Positions 9,164-16,296 of a stretch of 64,000 nucleotides of DNA are shown piece by piece. A model generated the notes under the pieces. The model saw only the letters and a program-made list of their open reading frames with translations. It searched no databases and was not told the origin of the DNA. The position numbers and the translations under genes are program-made. The stretch lies in the sequence record PP813861.1; one strand, 5' to 3'. Position 1 is the first letter of the stretch, and each line of letters starts with the position of its first letter.

Positions 9164-9538
9164 CTAACCCCTATTAACAAAGATAAAATAATCTCGTAGT
9201 TCACCAGCTAAATCTAATGGTTGATAATTATCACTACCATCATCATAAGGGATATAATCAGCACCTGCTTCTACAGCCGCTAAATATTCTTCCTCACCAA
9301 CTGCTGGAATTAAATGAAACGCTGGGCAATCGTCATTATTGCCATCTAGTATATCTAGCATGCCTGTAATGACACTATCTGCTACAGCCCTGTCCCGATC
9401 AGCTGGCTCTGTAAATTGATCAAGTTTAGAGTTATTGATAGCATTATCACGCATATTGACAACACTACTAATAAATAGTTCTTTAACTTGTTCCTGTGTT
9501 ACAGGTTTAACATTACCATCGCCTTCAAAATAGATCAT
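9164..9538 (-). CDS. hypothetical protein, paralogue of 9583..10269
   Basis: LDGN...P.F.LIP...DL.G.LR motif shared. Confidence 0.75.
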   Translation of the reverse strand: MIYFEGDGNVKPVTQEQVKELFISSVVNMRDNAINNSKLDQFTEPADRDRAVADSVITGMLDILDGNNDDCPAFHLIPAVGEEEYLAAVEAGADYIPYDDGSDNYQPLDLAGELRDYFIFVNRG

Positions 9539-9582
9539 AATTACATACCTTGTTATCAGTAGCTTATAAATTTATTAGTTCA

Positions 9583-10269
9583 TTAACGCATTATTCGACT
9601 GATATCATCAGCTATTTGTGATTGTATCTTTTCCGCTTTTTCTTTAGCTTTTTCTACTAACATAGCAAGTTGCTCTTGCGTAAAATTACCCGAGTAATAC
9701 TTAACAGGTTTCTCACCTGCTAAACTAAGGAAATGGTTCAATAGTGCATGTGGTCCTTTGAAAGGTTCCGTAAATGTCTTAGAAACTTGATAACGTAGAT
9801 TACCAGAAATATCAACTGCATCACACTTTGCACGGATATTATCTTTTAAATTTTCAACTGGGTTTACTGGCCAATAATTCTCACCAATACTTATTAGGTA
9901 GTCAATATCCTCTTGAGTAACATTAGGTATAAGTTTGAATCCGGGTATATTTGGATCATTGCCATCTAGGCCAGCTGCGATACTATATATAAATCCATCA
10001 AGCATATCTCTGATAGACAGTGCCTTATCTGTATTTTGAGTATCAGTATACTGTTTATGCCAGTAATTACGTGTGCTTTGAAGCCAATTTACAAAGAGAG
10101 AAGTTTGTTCCTCTTTTGTATATTCTCTCGGATCATCTACTTTCTCCCATTCTTTTTGTTTATTTATCTTAGGAGTCTTAGTTTTCTTTACAGGTTGTTC
10201 AATCGGTGAATCTGAAACCTTTGTTTCAAATCCTATACCAACTATAGTTTTATCGGTTGTATTGATCAT
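9583..10269 (-). CDS. hypothetical protein
   Basis: 228 aa; LDGNDPNIPGFKLIP...GENYWP motif. Confidence 0.8.
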   Translation of the reverse strand: MINTTDKTIVGIGFETKVSDSPIEQPVKKTKTPKINKQKEWEKVDDPREYTKEEQTSLFVNWLQSTRNYWHKQYTDTQNTDKALSIRDMLDGFIYSIAAGLDGNDPNIPGFKLIPNVTQEDIDYLISIGENYWPVNPVENLKDNIRAKCDAVDISGNLRYQVSKTFTEPFKGPHALLNHFLSLAGEKPVKYYSGNFTQEQLAMLVEKAKEKAEKIQSQIADDISRIMR

Positions 10270-10496
10270 AGAACATGAAACCTTTGTATATAGTTTGGTT
10301 TTATGCGTTTAGTAAATTGCGCTGAATGCTCAATGTAATAAATGCATTTATCATTAAGTGAATACACTGTATAATAGGTTTTAGCACATATATGTCGTAT
10401 GCCAATAGTAACACATATTTCCCAACCGATCTTTGTAAATACATAACCTAACTGATTAGGCTCTATTTCTAAACATCTTTTGTCGAAGTTAACCAT
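10266..10496 (-). CDS. hypothetical protein
   Basis: 76-aa ORF filling the operon gap. Confidence 0.5.
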   Translation of the reverse strand: MVNFDKRCLEIEPNQLGYVFTKIGWEICVTIGIRHICAKTYYTVYSLNDKCIYYIEHSAQFTKRIKPNYIQRFHVL

Positions 10497-10936
10497 TGTG
10501 GCTTCCTCGGAATAGTTCGCAAGTACTGAACAATAAGTCGCGCGAATTCATCCATATCGTCTTCAACTAGAATTAACTCATCCAATGTATACCAGCCATC
10601 ATCAGTTGTTTCAATTAGATTAGAATCATCTTTGATTTCTCTATCTAAGATGGCGTATAATCTAGTTGGTCCAAAATCAGGCTCTTCTATAACCCCAAGA
10701 TGTATCAAAGAATTTCTATTATTAGTATCATCTGTGATAGTTGGCTGAACACTAATATTGGAAGTTTCCTCTGGGAAGTTATAACTATCTAAAATAGCAA
10801 AATCAGTTAATTGTCTAATAGCCTTTCTAGTGAAATCATAAACCTTCACTATGGGATGAATCACATAGGTTAGTTTATCATTAACTAAACGTTGCCTTAA
10901 ATTAATAAATGCGCAGTTATTCATCGACATACTCAT
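10469..10936 (-). CDS. hypothetical protein
   Basis: 155-aa ORF. Confidence 0.7.
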   Translation of the reverse strand: MSMSMNNCAFINLRQRLVNDKLTYVIHPIVKVYDFTRKAIRQLTDFAILDSYNFPEETSNISVQPTITDDTNNRNSLIHLGVIEEPDFGPTRLYAILDREIKDDSNLIETTDDGWYTLDELILVEDDMDEFARLIVQYLRTIPRKPQWLTSTKDV

Positions 10937-11291
10937 GTACCATTTTAATAGTTTTCAAAAATACTTCTTGATTATTACTATCATCTGCTTTTAGAATAAC
11001 AGGATGACACATAAATTCATTTTCCAATGATACTCGATAATATTCATTAATTGTCTGAATGAAATCAAGCGGGGGATAAATAATAATATCCTTATCTGTT
11101 TCGGCGTAATTAACTACATTTGGTTCATGTTTAAATTTGGATTTATTTAATTTATAAACAAAGTATTTTATATCATTTTTATCTACTTGTGATACAAATA
11201 CAATTCGTTCATACATTGATAAATCAATATCTTTACCAATATTGATAGACAGTGGCATACCAATAAATGAGCGTTTAATATTTTCATTCAT
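10917..11291 (-). CDS. hypothetical protein
   Basis: 124 aa, first gene after early promoter, AGGT RBS. Confidence 0.7.
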   Translation of the reverse strand: MNENIKRSFIGMPLSINIGKDIDLSMYERIVFVSQVDKNDIKYFVYKLNKSKFKHEPNVVNYAETDKDIIIYPPLDFIQTINEYYRVSLENEFMCHPVILKADDSNNQEVFLKTIKMVHEYVDE

Positions 11292-11330
11292 TTTTTAATT
11301 ACCTATTTAATAGTTTAATGTTGTATTAGT

Positions 11331-11359
11331 GTAATATAGATTTCAAAAAAAATTTAATG
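11331..11359 (-). promoter_or_regulatory. phiKZ-type early promoter
   Basis: Minus strand CATTAAATTTTTTTTGAAATCTATATTAC; exact 29-bp copy at 20968-20996. Confidence 0.85.
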
Positions 11360-11364
11360 TAAAA

Positions 11365-11386
11365 GCCCTCTCCTTTGGGAGAGGGT
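11365..11386 (-). terminator. intrinsic terminator
   Basis: GCCCTCTCC-TTTG-GGAGAGGGT. Confidence 0.8.
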
Positions 11387-11394
11387 TTATGACT

Positions 11395-11736
11395 TTATTT
11401 ATATTTTTTCTTATGAGTGTGATAAATATAGCTAAATAGCATACCGATTGACATTGATACAGCTACCATACCCACATAGAAAAGTTCATTACTAAGTTTT
11501 TCAATGACGGATGTAATTGTACGTAGATCAATTGCTAGTGAAAGTGATTTAAAGATATTATTAATTGGTGTATCAGATAGCTTTGAAATAGCTATTAGTA
11601 GATTATCTAATTCATCATTAGTAATTTTCAGTTCTTTCACAATATCATTATATTCAATTAGTTTACCATCAATAATATTACAGATTAGAAGTTTATGTAA
11701 TTCTTTAATAGTGGTATTAACTTGTAGATTATTCAT
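11395..11736 (-). CDS. membrane protein (C-terminal TM helix)
   Basis: [21 protein letters not shown] followed by a basic tail. Confidence 0.7.
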
Positions 11737-11756
11737 TTTTTTACCTTTTAGTTAAT

Positions 11757-12194
11757 TTAAAATTTATTTACAGCTCTAAGAAAATATTCAGATGGATCAT
11801 CGAAGAAGACAATACTATCAACAACACTATTTTGTCGAGTACACCTTACTTTGATAAGATTATATTCTCTGAATTTATTAAGCCCCCAAGCTTCTTTAGC
11901 ACGATGGCGTAACCCACTACCAACAATAGCCCCATACCTAGTTTGTTCAACAAATAAATAAACATCCCAGCCATGATGATTATCATGGTATTTTGCGTAG
12001 TATTTATTGTCTTTAGTTTTGTTTAAACTAAGACTATACCTTTCTGTCTGTAGTTGATTAATATTCGATTTAATCATTTCATTTAATTTGGGTTCCACTG
12101 TATGAATGACATCGCCAGCAGTAGTGGCCATTACCTTTAGTTTGTGGTGCACGTTCGTAAGAACGTCCTCCCAAATGTTAGTAACTACGTCCAT
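11757..12194 (-). CDS. hypothetical early protein
   Basis: 145 aa, GAGGT RBS, follows promoter at 12240. Confidence 0.75.
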   Translation of the reverse strand: MDVVTNIWEDVLTNVHHKLKVMATTAGDVIHTVEPKLNEMIKSNINQLQTERYSLSLNKTKDNKYYAKYHDNHHGWDVYLFVEQTRYGAIVGSGLRHRAKEAWGLNKFREYNLIKVRCTRQNSVVDSIVFFDDPSEYFLRAVNKF

Positions 12195-12239
12195 CTATTA
12201 AAACCTCGACACATTAATTTGATTTTGTAATACACACAT

Positions 12240-12269
12240 GTAATATAGATCTCAAATAAAATTTAGTGC
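12240..12269 (-). promoter_or_regulatory. phiKZ-type early promoter
   Basis: Minus strand ...TTTATTTGAGATCTATATTAC. Confidence 0.85.
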
Positions 12270-12299
12270 AATAGCCCTCCCCGAAGGGAGGGCTTTATG
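12246..12299. repeat. 54-bp exact direct repeat (terminator plus promoter junction), copy 1
   Basis: TAGATCTCAAATAAAATTTAGTGCAATAGCCCTCCCCGAAGGGAGGGCTTTATG, identical at 27718-27771. Confidence 0.9.
12273..12294 (-). terminator. intrinsic terminator, UUCG loop
   Basis: AGCCCTCCC-CGAA-GGGAGGGCT. Confidence 0.85.
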
Positions 12300-12305
12300 C
12301 TCTTA

Positions 12306-12635
12306 TTATCTGTTAACTACACGGTAATTATCAATAATAAAATCGATATGTTGTTCAACCTCAGCTAGGAAACACCCATAGGTGAATCGATCTAGTTTAT
12401 TAAGGGCCTCAGTTAGTAGAGGTTCGATATAAATATTTACTTCAGCTGTTGAGGGTACTTCTACATATTTGTTTTCATATTCGGTGAGTTTCTCTTTTAC
12501 TTTTGTCAATTGCTTTTTATAATAGATTTCCATAGCCAGTTCTTTATAAACTGAATGCACACCATTGCAAATGCTATAACCAAATGCCAGTCCGCCCAGC
12601 ACCAGAATACCAGTAGAAATAGTGGACATATTCAT
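12306..12635 (-). CDS. single-pass membrane early protein (monocistronic cassette)
   Basis: N-terminal TM ISTGILVLGGLAFGYSIC; GGAG RBS; own promoter and terminator. Confidence 0.75.
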   Translation of the reverse strand: MNMSTISTGILVLGGLAFGYSICNGVHSVYKELAMEIYYKKQLTKVKEKLTEYENKYVEVPSTAEVNIYIEPLLTEALNKLDRFTYGCFLAEVEQHIDFIIDNYRVVNR

Positions 12636-12671
12636 GGTATATCTCCTTTTTTCAAGATTGAATTCACTGTT

Positions 12672-12701
12672 GTAATATACTGTTTAAATATGTTTGAATA
12701 C
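12672..12701 (-). promoter_or_regulatory. phiKZ-type early promoter (TTTAAACAG-TATATTAC subtype)
   Basis: GTAATATACTGTTTAAA on plus strand. Confidence 0.8.
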
Positions 12702-12719
12702 AAAAAAACACAATATAAA

Positions 12720-12737
12720 ACCTCCCCGAAGGGAGGT
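12720..12737 (-). terminator. intrinsic terminator, UUCG loop
   Basis: ACCTCCC-CGAA-GGGAGGT. Confidence 0.8.
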
Positions 12738-12764
12738 ATTTATGGTAACTTTGTAAAATACTTA

Positions 12765-13250
12765 TTATAGTTGAAAGTCTTTATCTTCTTCAATGATTTT
12801 ATAACCTGGTGAATTAACTATATTTTTATTTAAACGAACTCGTTCATCTACTAAGTATTTAACTACTTTAAGTAATTGACTTATCGACAGGTCATTATTT
12901 CCATCAGTATCTGATTTAAAGATACGACCACTGGTAGGTGAAGAATTTGTAAAACAAATACTACTTTCATCATCTACATAAATATCGTAATACCATACTG
13001 CATGTGGCTTTTCAGTATTACTTATGACGAATACTAAAAATAGATCTTCATCATCACCTTGACCACACAGGATCCCGATATTTTTTCGATGCGTTATACC
13101 ACCTGTAATTACCAGGCCATTAACATCATCACTGAATTTAAATATACTATAACCACCTTCAAGTTTACCATTTTCAAAATACTGTAATAGTGCACCACCT
13201 ACTACAGCACCCCATGAAAAGAAGTTATCTTTATTTAAAATATCAGTCAT
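12765..13250 (-). CDS. hypothetical protein
   Basis: ORF 12765..13295; likely start MTDILNK at 13250 (GAGG RBS). Confidence 0.7.
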   Translation of the reverse strand: MTDILNKDNFFSWGAVVGGALLQYFENGKLEGGYSIFKFSDDVNGLVITGGITHRKNIGILCGQGDDEDLFLVFVISNTEKPHAVWYYDIYVDDESSICFTNSSPTSGRIFKSDTDGNNDLSISQLLKVVKYLVDERVRLNKNIVNSPGYKIIEEDKDFQL

Positions 13251-13370
13251 TTTAAAAATCCTCTTTGGGTTCAATAAGTCAAGAATAAAGAACAAACATA
13301 TCAGTTAGGATATTTTTTGTTTATTCCATAATTATCTTTTAGACTAAATATAAGTTATAAAACAACATAA

Positions 13371-13399
13371 AAAGAGAGAGGAATTTATCCTCTCTCTTT
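13371..13399 (-). terminator. intrinsic terminator
   Basis: AAAGAGAGAGGA...TCCTCTCTCTTT hairpin. Confidence 0.7.
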
Positions 13400-13415
13400 A
13401 TGCAATCAAATAGTT

Positions 13416-13538
13416 TTATTCTTTTTGCTTTTCTTTAGCTTCCCGCTTAGCTTTAAGCTCTGCGTTATTTAAACGCCATGCGGCTTGCATAGTAGCTAGA
13501 TTGACAAATTTAGGCTGTTGCTTATTTTTAACTTTCAT
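13416..13538 (-). CDS. small basic peptide (40 aa)
   Basis: MKVKNKQQPKFVNLATMQAAWRLNNAELKAKREAKEKQKE; ends just before a terminator. Confidence 0.45.
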   Translation of the reverse strand: MKVKNKQQPKFVNLATMQAAWRLNNAELKAKREAKEKQKE

Positions 13539-13609
13539 TTAATTATTCCAAATTTATTTCGAATGGTTAATCTAAACTATTAAATTGCTTCGTACTCTTC
13601 ATACATTGT

Positions 13610-13903
13610 TCAATCCTCATTTAGCTCAGCAATGTCTCTACTAATTTCAGTTAATTGTTCTTTTAATGAAATATTAATTTTAATCTCATTAAGAGTAAGT
13701 CTATTCCAACGCTTACGGGGATTACCACATAGCATACAACGAGACCTACCACAATTAAATGGATTATGTTTACGCCATTTACCTTTAGCTTTTGCTGAAG
13801 GATTGGTGTCGCCATAACGACTTGCGGCTAGTGAGACATAATAATTAACTATACGAGTATTGTGATGATGATTGAGTTGTGCAGATAGTTTGTTGCTTGA
13901 CAT
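13610..13903 (-). CDS. basic Cys-motif protein
   Basis: GKWRKHNPFNCGRSRCMLCGNPRK motif. Confidence 0.7.
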   Translation of the reverse strand: MSSNKLSAQLNHHHNTRIVNYYVSLAASRYGDTNPSAKAKGKWRKHNPFNCGRSRCMLCGNPRKRWNRLTLNEIKINISLKEQLTEISRDIAELNED

Positions 13904-13922
13904 ATTTATACCCCACCTTAAT

Positions 13923-13948
13923 ACCCCTACCCCAATATGGAGTAGGGT
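13923..13948 (-). terminator. intrinsic terminator
   Basis: Minus strand ACCCUACUCCA-UAU-UGGGGUAGGGG, G-U pair favours minus strand. Confidence 0.6.
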
Positions 13949-13992
13949 AACGTATGTAATGGAGTATATTAGATGAATATGTTTTTAACATA

Positions 13993-14487
13993 TTAACTTT
14001 CCATGATATCAAGAATATCTAGTAAACGGCCATGCACCGTCTTTAAGAAATTATAATCTTGATTATTTGTCCATCTAAAATGTTTTAATGCTTTGGTAGT
14101 ATTTTCTAGGCAGTCGACATACTTATAAAGATTGATGGTATATGATCGATTATTAAGATTAGGATGAGTAGTAACTGGAATAATATAATTCAAGATAGTG
14201 TATTCATTAACAATACGACTATTATCGTGTTCTACAATAATAGGCATTTTATCAATGTATTCTTGAGCTTCTTTTTCTTTTAGAATATAATCTTCCCGTT
14301 CAACAATCTCATGTAATAATGGACCTAAGAAGTCCATTGGAATTTTACCATAGGTTTTGGTAAATTTCTTAATATCTTCATAAGTTACCTCTGGATTAGG
14401 ATAGATATTATCCTTACGATTAGTAACCATGTATAGTTTTTCTAGTACTAGGATATTCTCAATACATACTTCTTTTTTAAATAACAT
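13993..14487 (-). CDS. hypothetical protein
   Basis: 164 aa, AGGAAA RBS. Confidence 0.75.
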   Translation of the reverse strand: MLFKKEVCIENILVLEKLYMVTNRKDNIYPNPEVTYEDIKKFTKTYGKIPMDFLGPLLHEIVEREDYILKEKEAQEYIDKMPIIVEHDNSRIVNEYTILNYIIPVTTHPNLNNRSYTINLYKYVDCLENTTKALKHFRWTNNQDYNFLKTVHGRLLDILDIMES

Positions 14488-14547
14488 AGTATATTTCCTT
14501 TTAATAAGATGGTATTAGACTTTTTTCTTTATTGACTAATATTTTCT

Positions 14548-14976
14548 TCATTCGGTACCAGGTAGTTTTACGAATGTGTCGAGCTTGTACTGGTCAACAA
14601 AATGCCAGGCTAGGTCGGTAAGTGCATAGATGTCCGGACGTTTATATTTACCGAAGTTGGGTTTCTCTTTAGCCAGATGGAAGTCAATGAACCGATCCAG
14701 AACTGGGCAACGATCAATCAGATCCTATTCAGTAGCTCCAACCTTAGCGTTAACCAATTCTTGGATACGTTTATACAAGATAGGATCTGACAGGATAGGT
14801 AACAGTTCATGGAAAACCATGGGCGGATGTTCATGGCTAGTCTCAACCCACAATGCTGCAAGGAGAGGACGCAATGAATAGAAGTATTTCTTCATCCGAA
14901 CCTTCTCATCTGACAACCAACGCATTTTGTTTTGTTTGGCCATCGAGATATAATGCATGTAACTCGATACAATGGA
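14548..14976 (-). pseudogene. C-terminal remnant of a YcgL/RlaP-like (Pol-beta family) nucleotidyltransferase
   Basis: HYISMAKQN...KKYFYSLRPLLAALWVE...PPMVFHELL; in-frame TAG at 14725-14727 followed by DLIDRCPVLDRFIDFHL to TGA at 14548; no N-terminal catalytic motif upstream. Confidence 0.7.
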
Positions 14977-15270
14977 TCACCGAGTTCTGCCAAGCGCTCG
15001 TTGACCTTATCGAGGAAGTAAGGTGAGATCGGGTTGATAGCCTTACCAGCAGTATCCATCAGTAGATTGTCGATAAGGAATGCCGTGGTATATTTCCTGA
15101 CAGCTGCTTCAAAATCAGCCATTGATTGATGGTAACCGAGAGCTGGAAGATCATCCAAATAGAGCTTCTTCATCTCAGTATAATTGGGTAAAGCGAACCA
15201 TTGGGAGATAACTTTCTCACCAACTTTGATATTTTCAATATTACTGGGTAGATCACTTTTTTACAAACAT
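14892..15270 (-). pseudogene. frameshifted hypothetical gene
   Basis: GAGGT RBS plus ATG at 15270; a 6-A run gives a stop at codon 6; removing one A joins it in frame to ORF 14892..15173. Confidence 0.6.
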
Positions 15271-15298
15271 TTGGACCTCACATGTTTACGATATAAAA

Positions 15299-15318
15299 GG
15301 GAGTCCAAATGGACTCCC
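15299..15318 (-). terminator. intrinsic terminator
   Basis: GGGAGTCC-AAAT-GGACTCCC. Confidence 0.75.
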
Positions 15319-15328
15319 GATATACTGT

Positions 15329-15841
15329 TTAACGACTCTGGTTTTCCGTAGTGGTGTGAACAATATAACCAGATCCCGTCTTGACAACAATGTCACCTGG
15401 ATAAAGAGTAATATACTTTCCATCAGTATCTGGATCATTGATCTGGAATACAGCATAATCGTGCTCGCTGGTCAGATCAGAGATCTTGAAGCCCGCAGTT
15501 TGAATCAGATCACGAACAAAGACGATGTTGTCATCATGGTCACTCAGTACCCGAATAGGTTTACCGTCAAGTTCACCATTACCACAACGTTCAGCGAAGT
15601 CAATCTTGAAACCGATCAGTTCTTTATGGTTGACAATGTGATCACCAACAACAGAACCCAATAGAGTCAACTCAATGCCGGAACCATCCGGGAAGTAATC
15701 AATCAGTCGAAGCTGTTCAAGATCGACGGCGCCAGCTTTAGATGGGATCTCACCTGGTTCACGGAAACCATGACGAACTAGTTGATATAGCGTGTCCAGA
15801 GCACCGCCATTTAAATCCCAACCAAGAGTAGACATAGTCAT
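15329..15841 (-). CDS. hypothetical protein
   Basis: 170 aa; G.REPGEIPSKAG..L N-terminal motif. Confidence 0.75.
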   Translation of the reverse strand: MTMSTLGWDLNGGALDTLYQLVRHGFREPGEIPSKAGAVDLEQLRLIDYFPDGSGIELTLLGSVVGDHIVNHKELIGFKIDFAERCGNGELDGKPIRVLSDHDDNIVFVRDLIQTAGFKISDLTSEHDYAVFQINDPDTDGKYITLYPGDIVVKTGSGYIVHTTTENQSR

Positions 15842-15852
15842 TTCATTTTTCC

Positions 15853-16242
15853 TTATTTAAGTTTTTCTGTTTTACCAGCATCAAGCCACATGAATATCGG
15901 TGTCCTGAGAATATTGTAGACCAACCATCCTTCCGAGATCAGTTCTTCCTCGAATTCAAGAGAAGTAGGCATGTCGTAGATAGCTTTGTATGGGATGACA
16001 ATAGGCTCTTTCTCGGGCTTATTGAGAATCAATGCATCGTCAGTGTGTTCAAGCAATTGCTTTCGGCTAACAATTCCAAGACTGATACTGAATTCCCTAC
16101 CTGGATCTTTCCCATTGAAAATACTGCATCGAGTTGCAGTATCAACTCGATCACCAGCGATACCGATTTTAAGTGGAGCAGGGTCTATACCCATCAGTTC
16201 CTCGGCGAGTTAAAGTTGACGTTTAAGTTCGATAATGTTCAT
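15853..16242 (-). pseudogene. hypothetical gene with premature TAA at codon 11 (or restart at 16194)
   Basis: GGAGGT RBS plus ATG at 16242: MNIIELKRQL*LAEELMGIDP, in frame with ORF 15853..16194. Confidence 0.6.
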
Positions 16243-16270
16243 AAGAAGTATACCTCCAAAGGAAAATAAA

Positions 16271-16288
16271 GCCTCCCCGAAGGGAGGC
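16271..16288 (-). terminator. intrinsic terminator, UUCG loop
   Basis: GCCTCCC-CGAA-GGGAGGC downstream of thyA. Confidence 0.85.
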
Positions 16289-16296
16289 GTTTTATG

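Noticed and set aside
10469-10936. Nudix hydrolase (also considered for 18390..19097)
   Set aside because: Only a vague C-terminal resemblance; no Nudix box GX5EX7REUXEE
15329-15841. Tad2 or other known anti-defence family for the PGDIVVK-containing ORF
   Set aside because: Lacks the Tad2 FxxAL..LKxG..V.R..W and W.PS..D..A.DW motifs
14725-16212. Genome-wide stop-codon reassignment
   Set aside because: The lesions involve different codons (TAG, TAA, a frameshift), and very long genes (2241, 703, 664 aa) are open under the standard code
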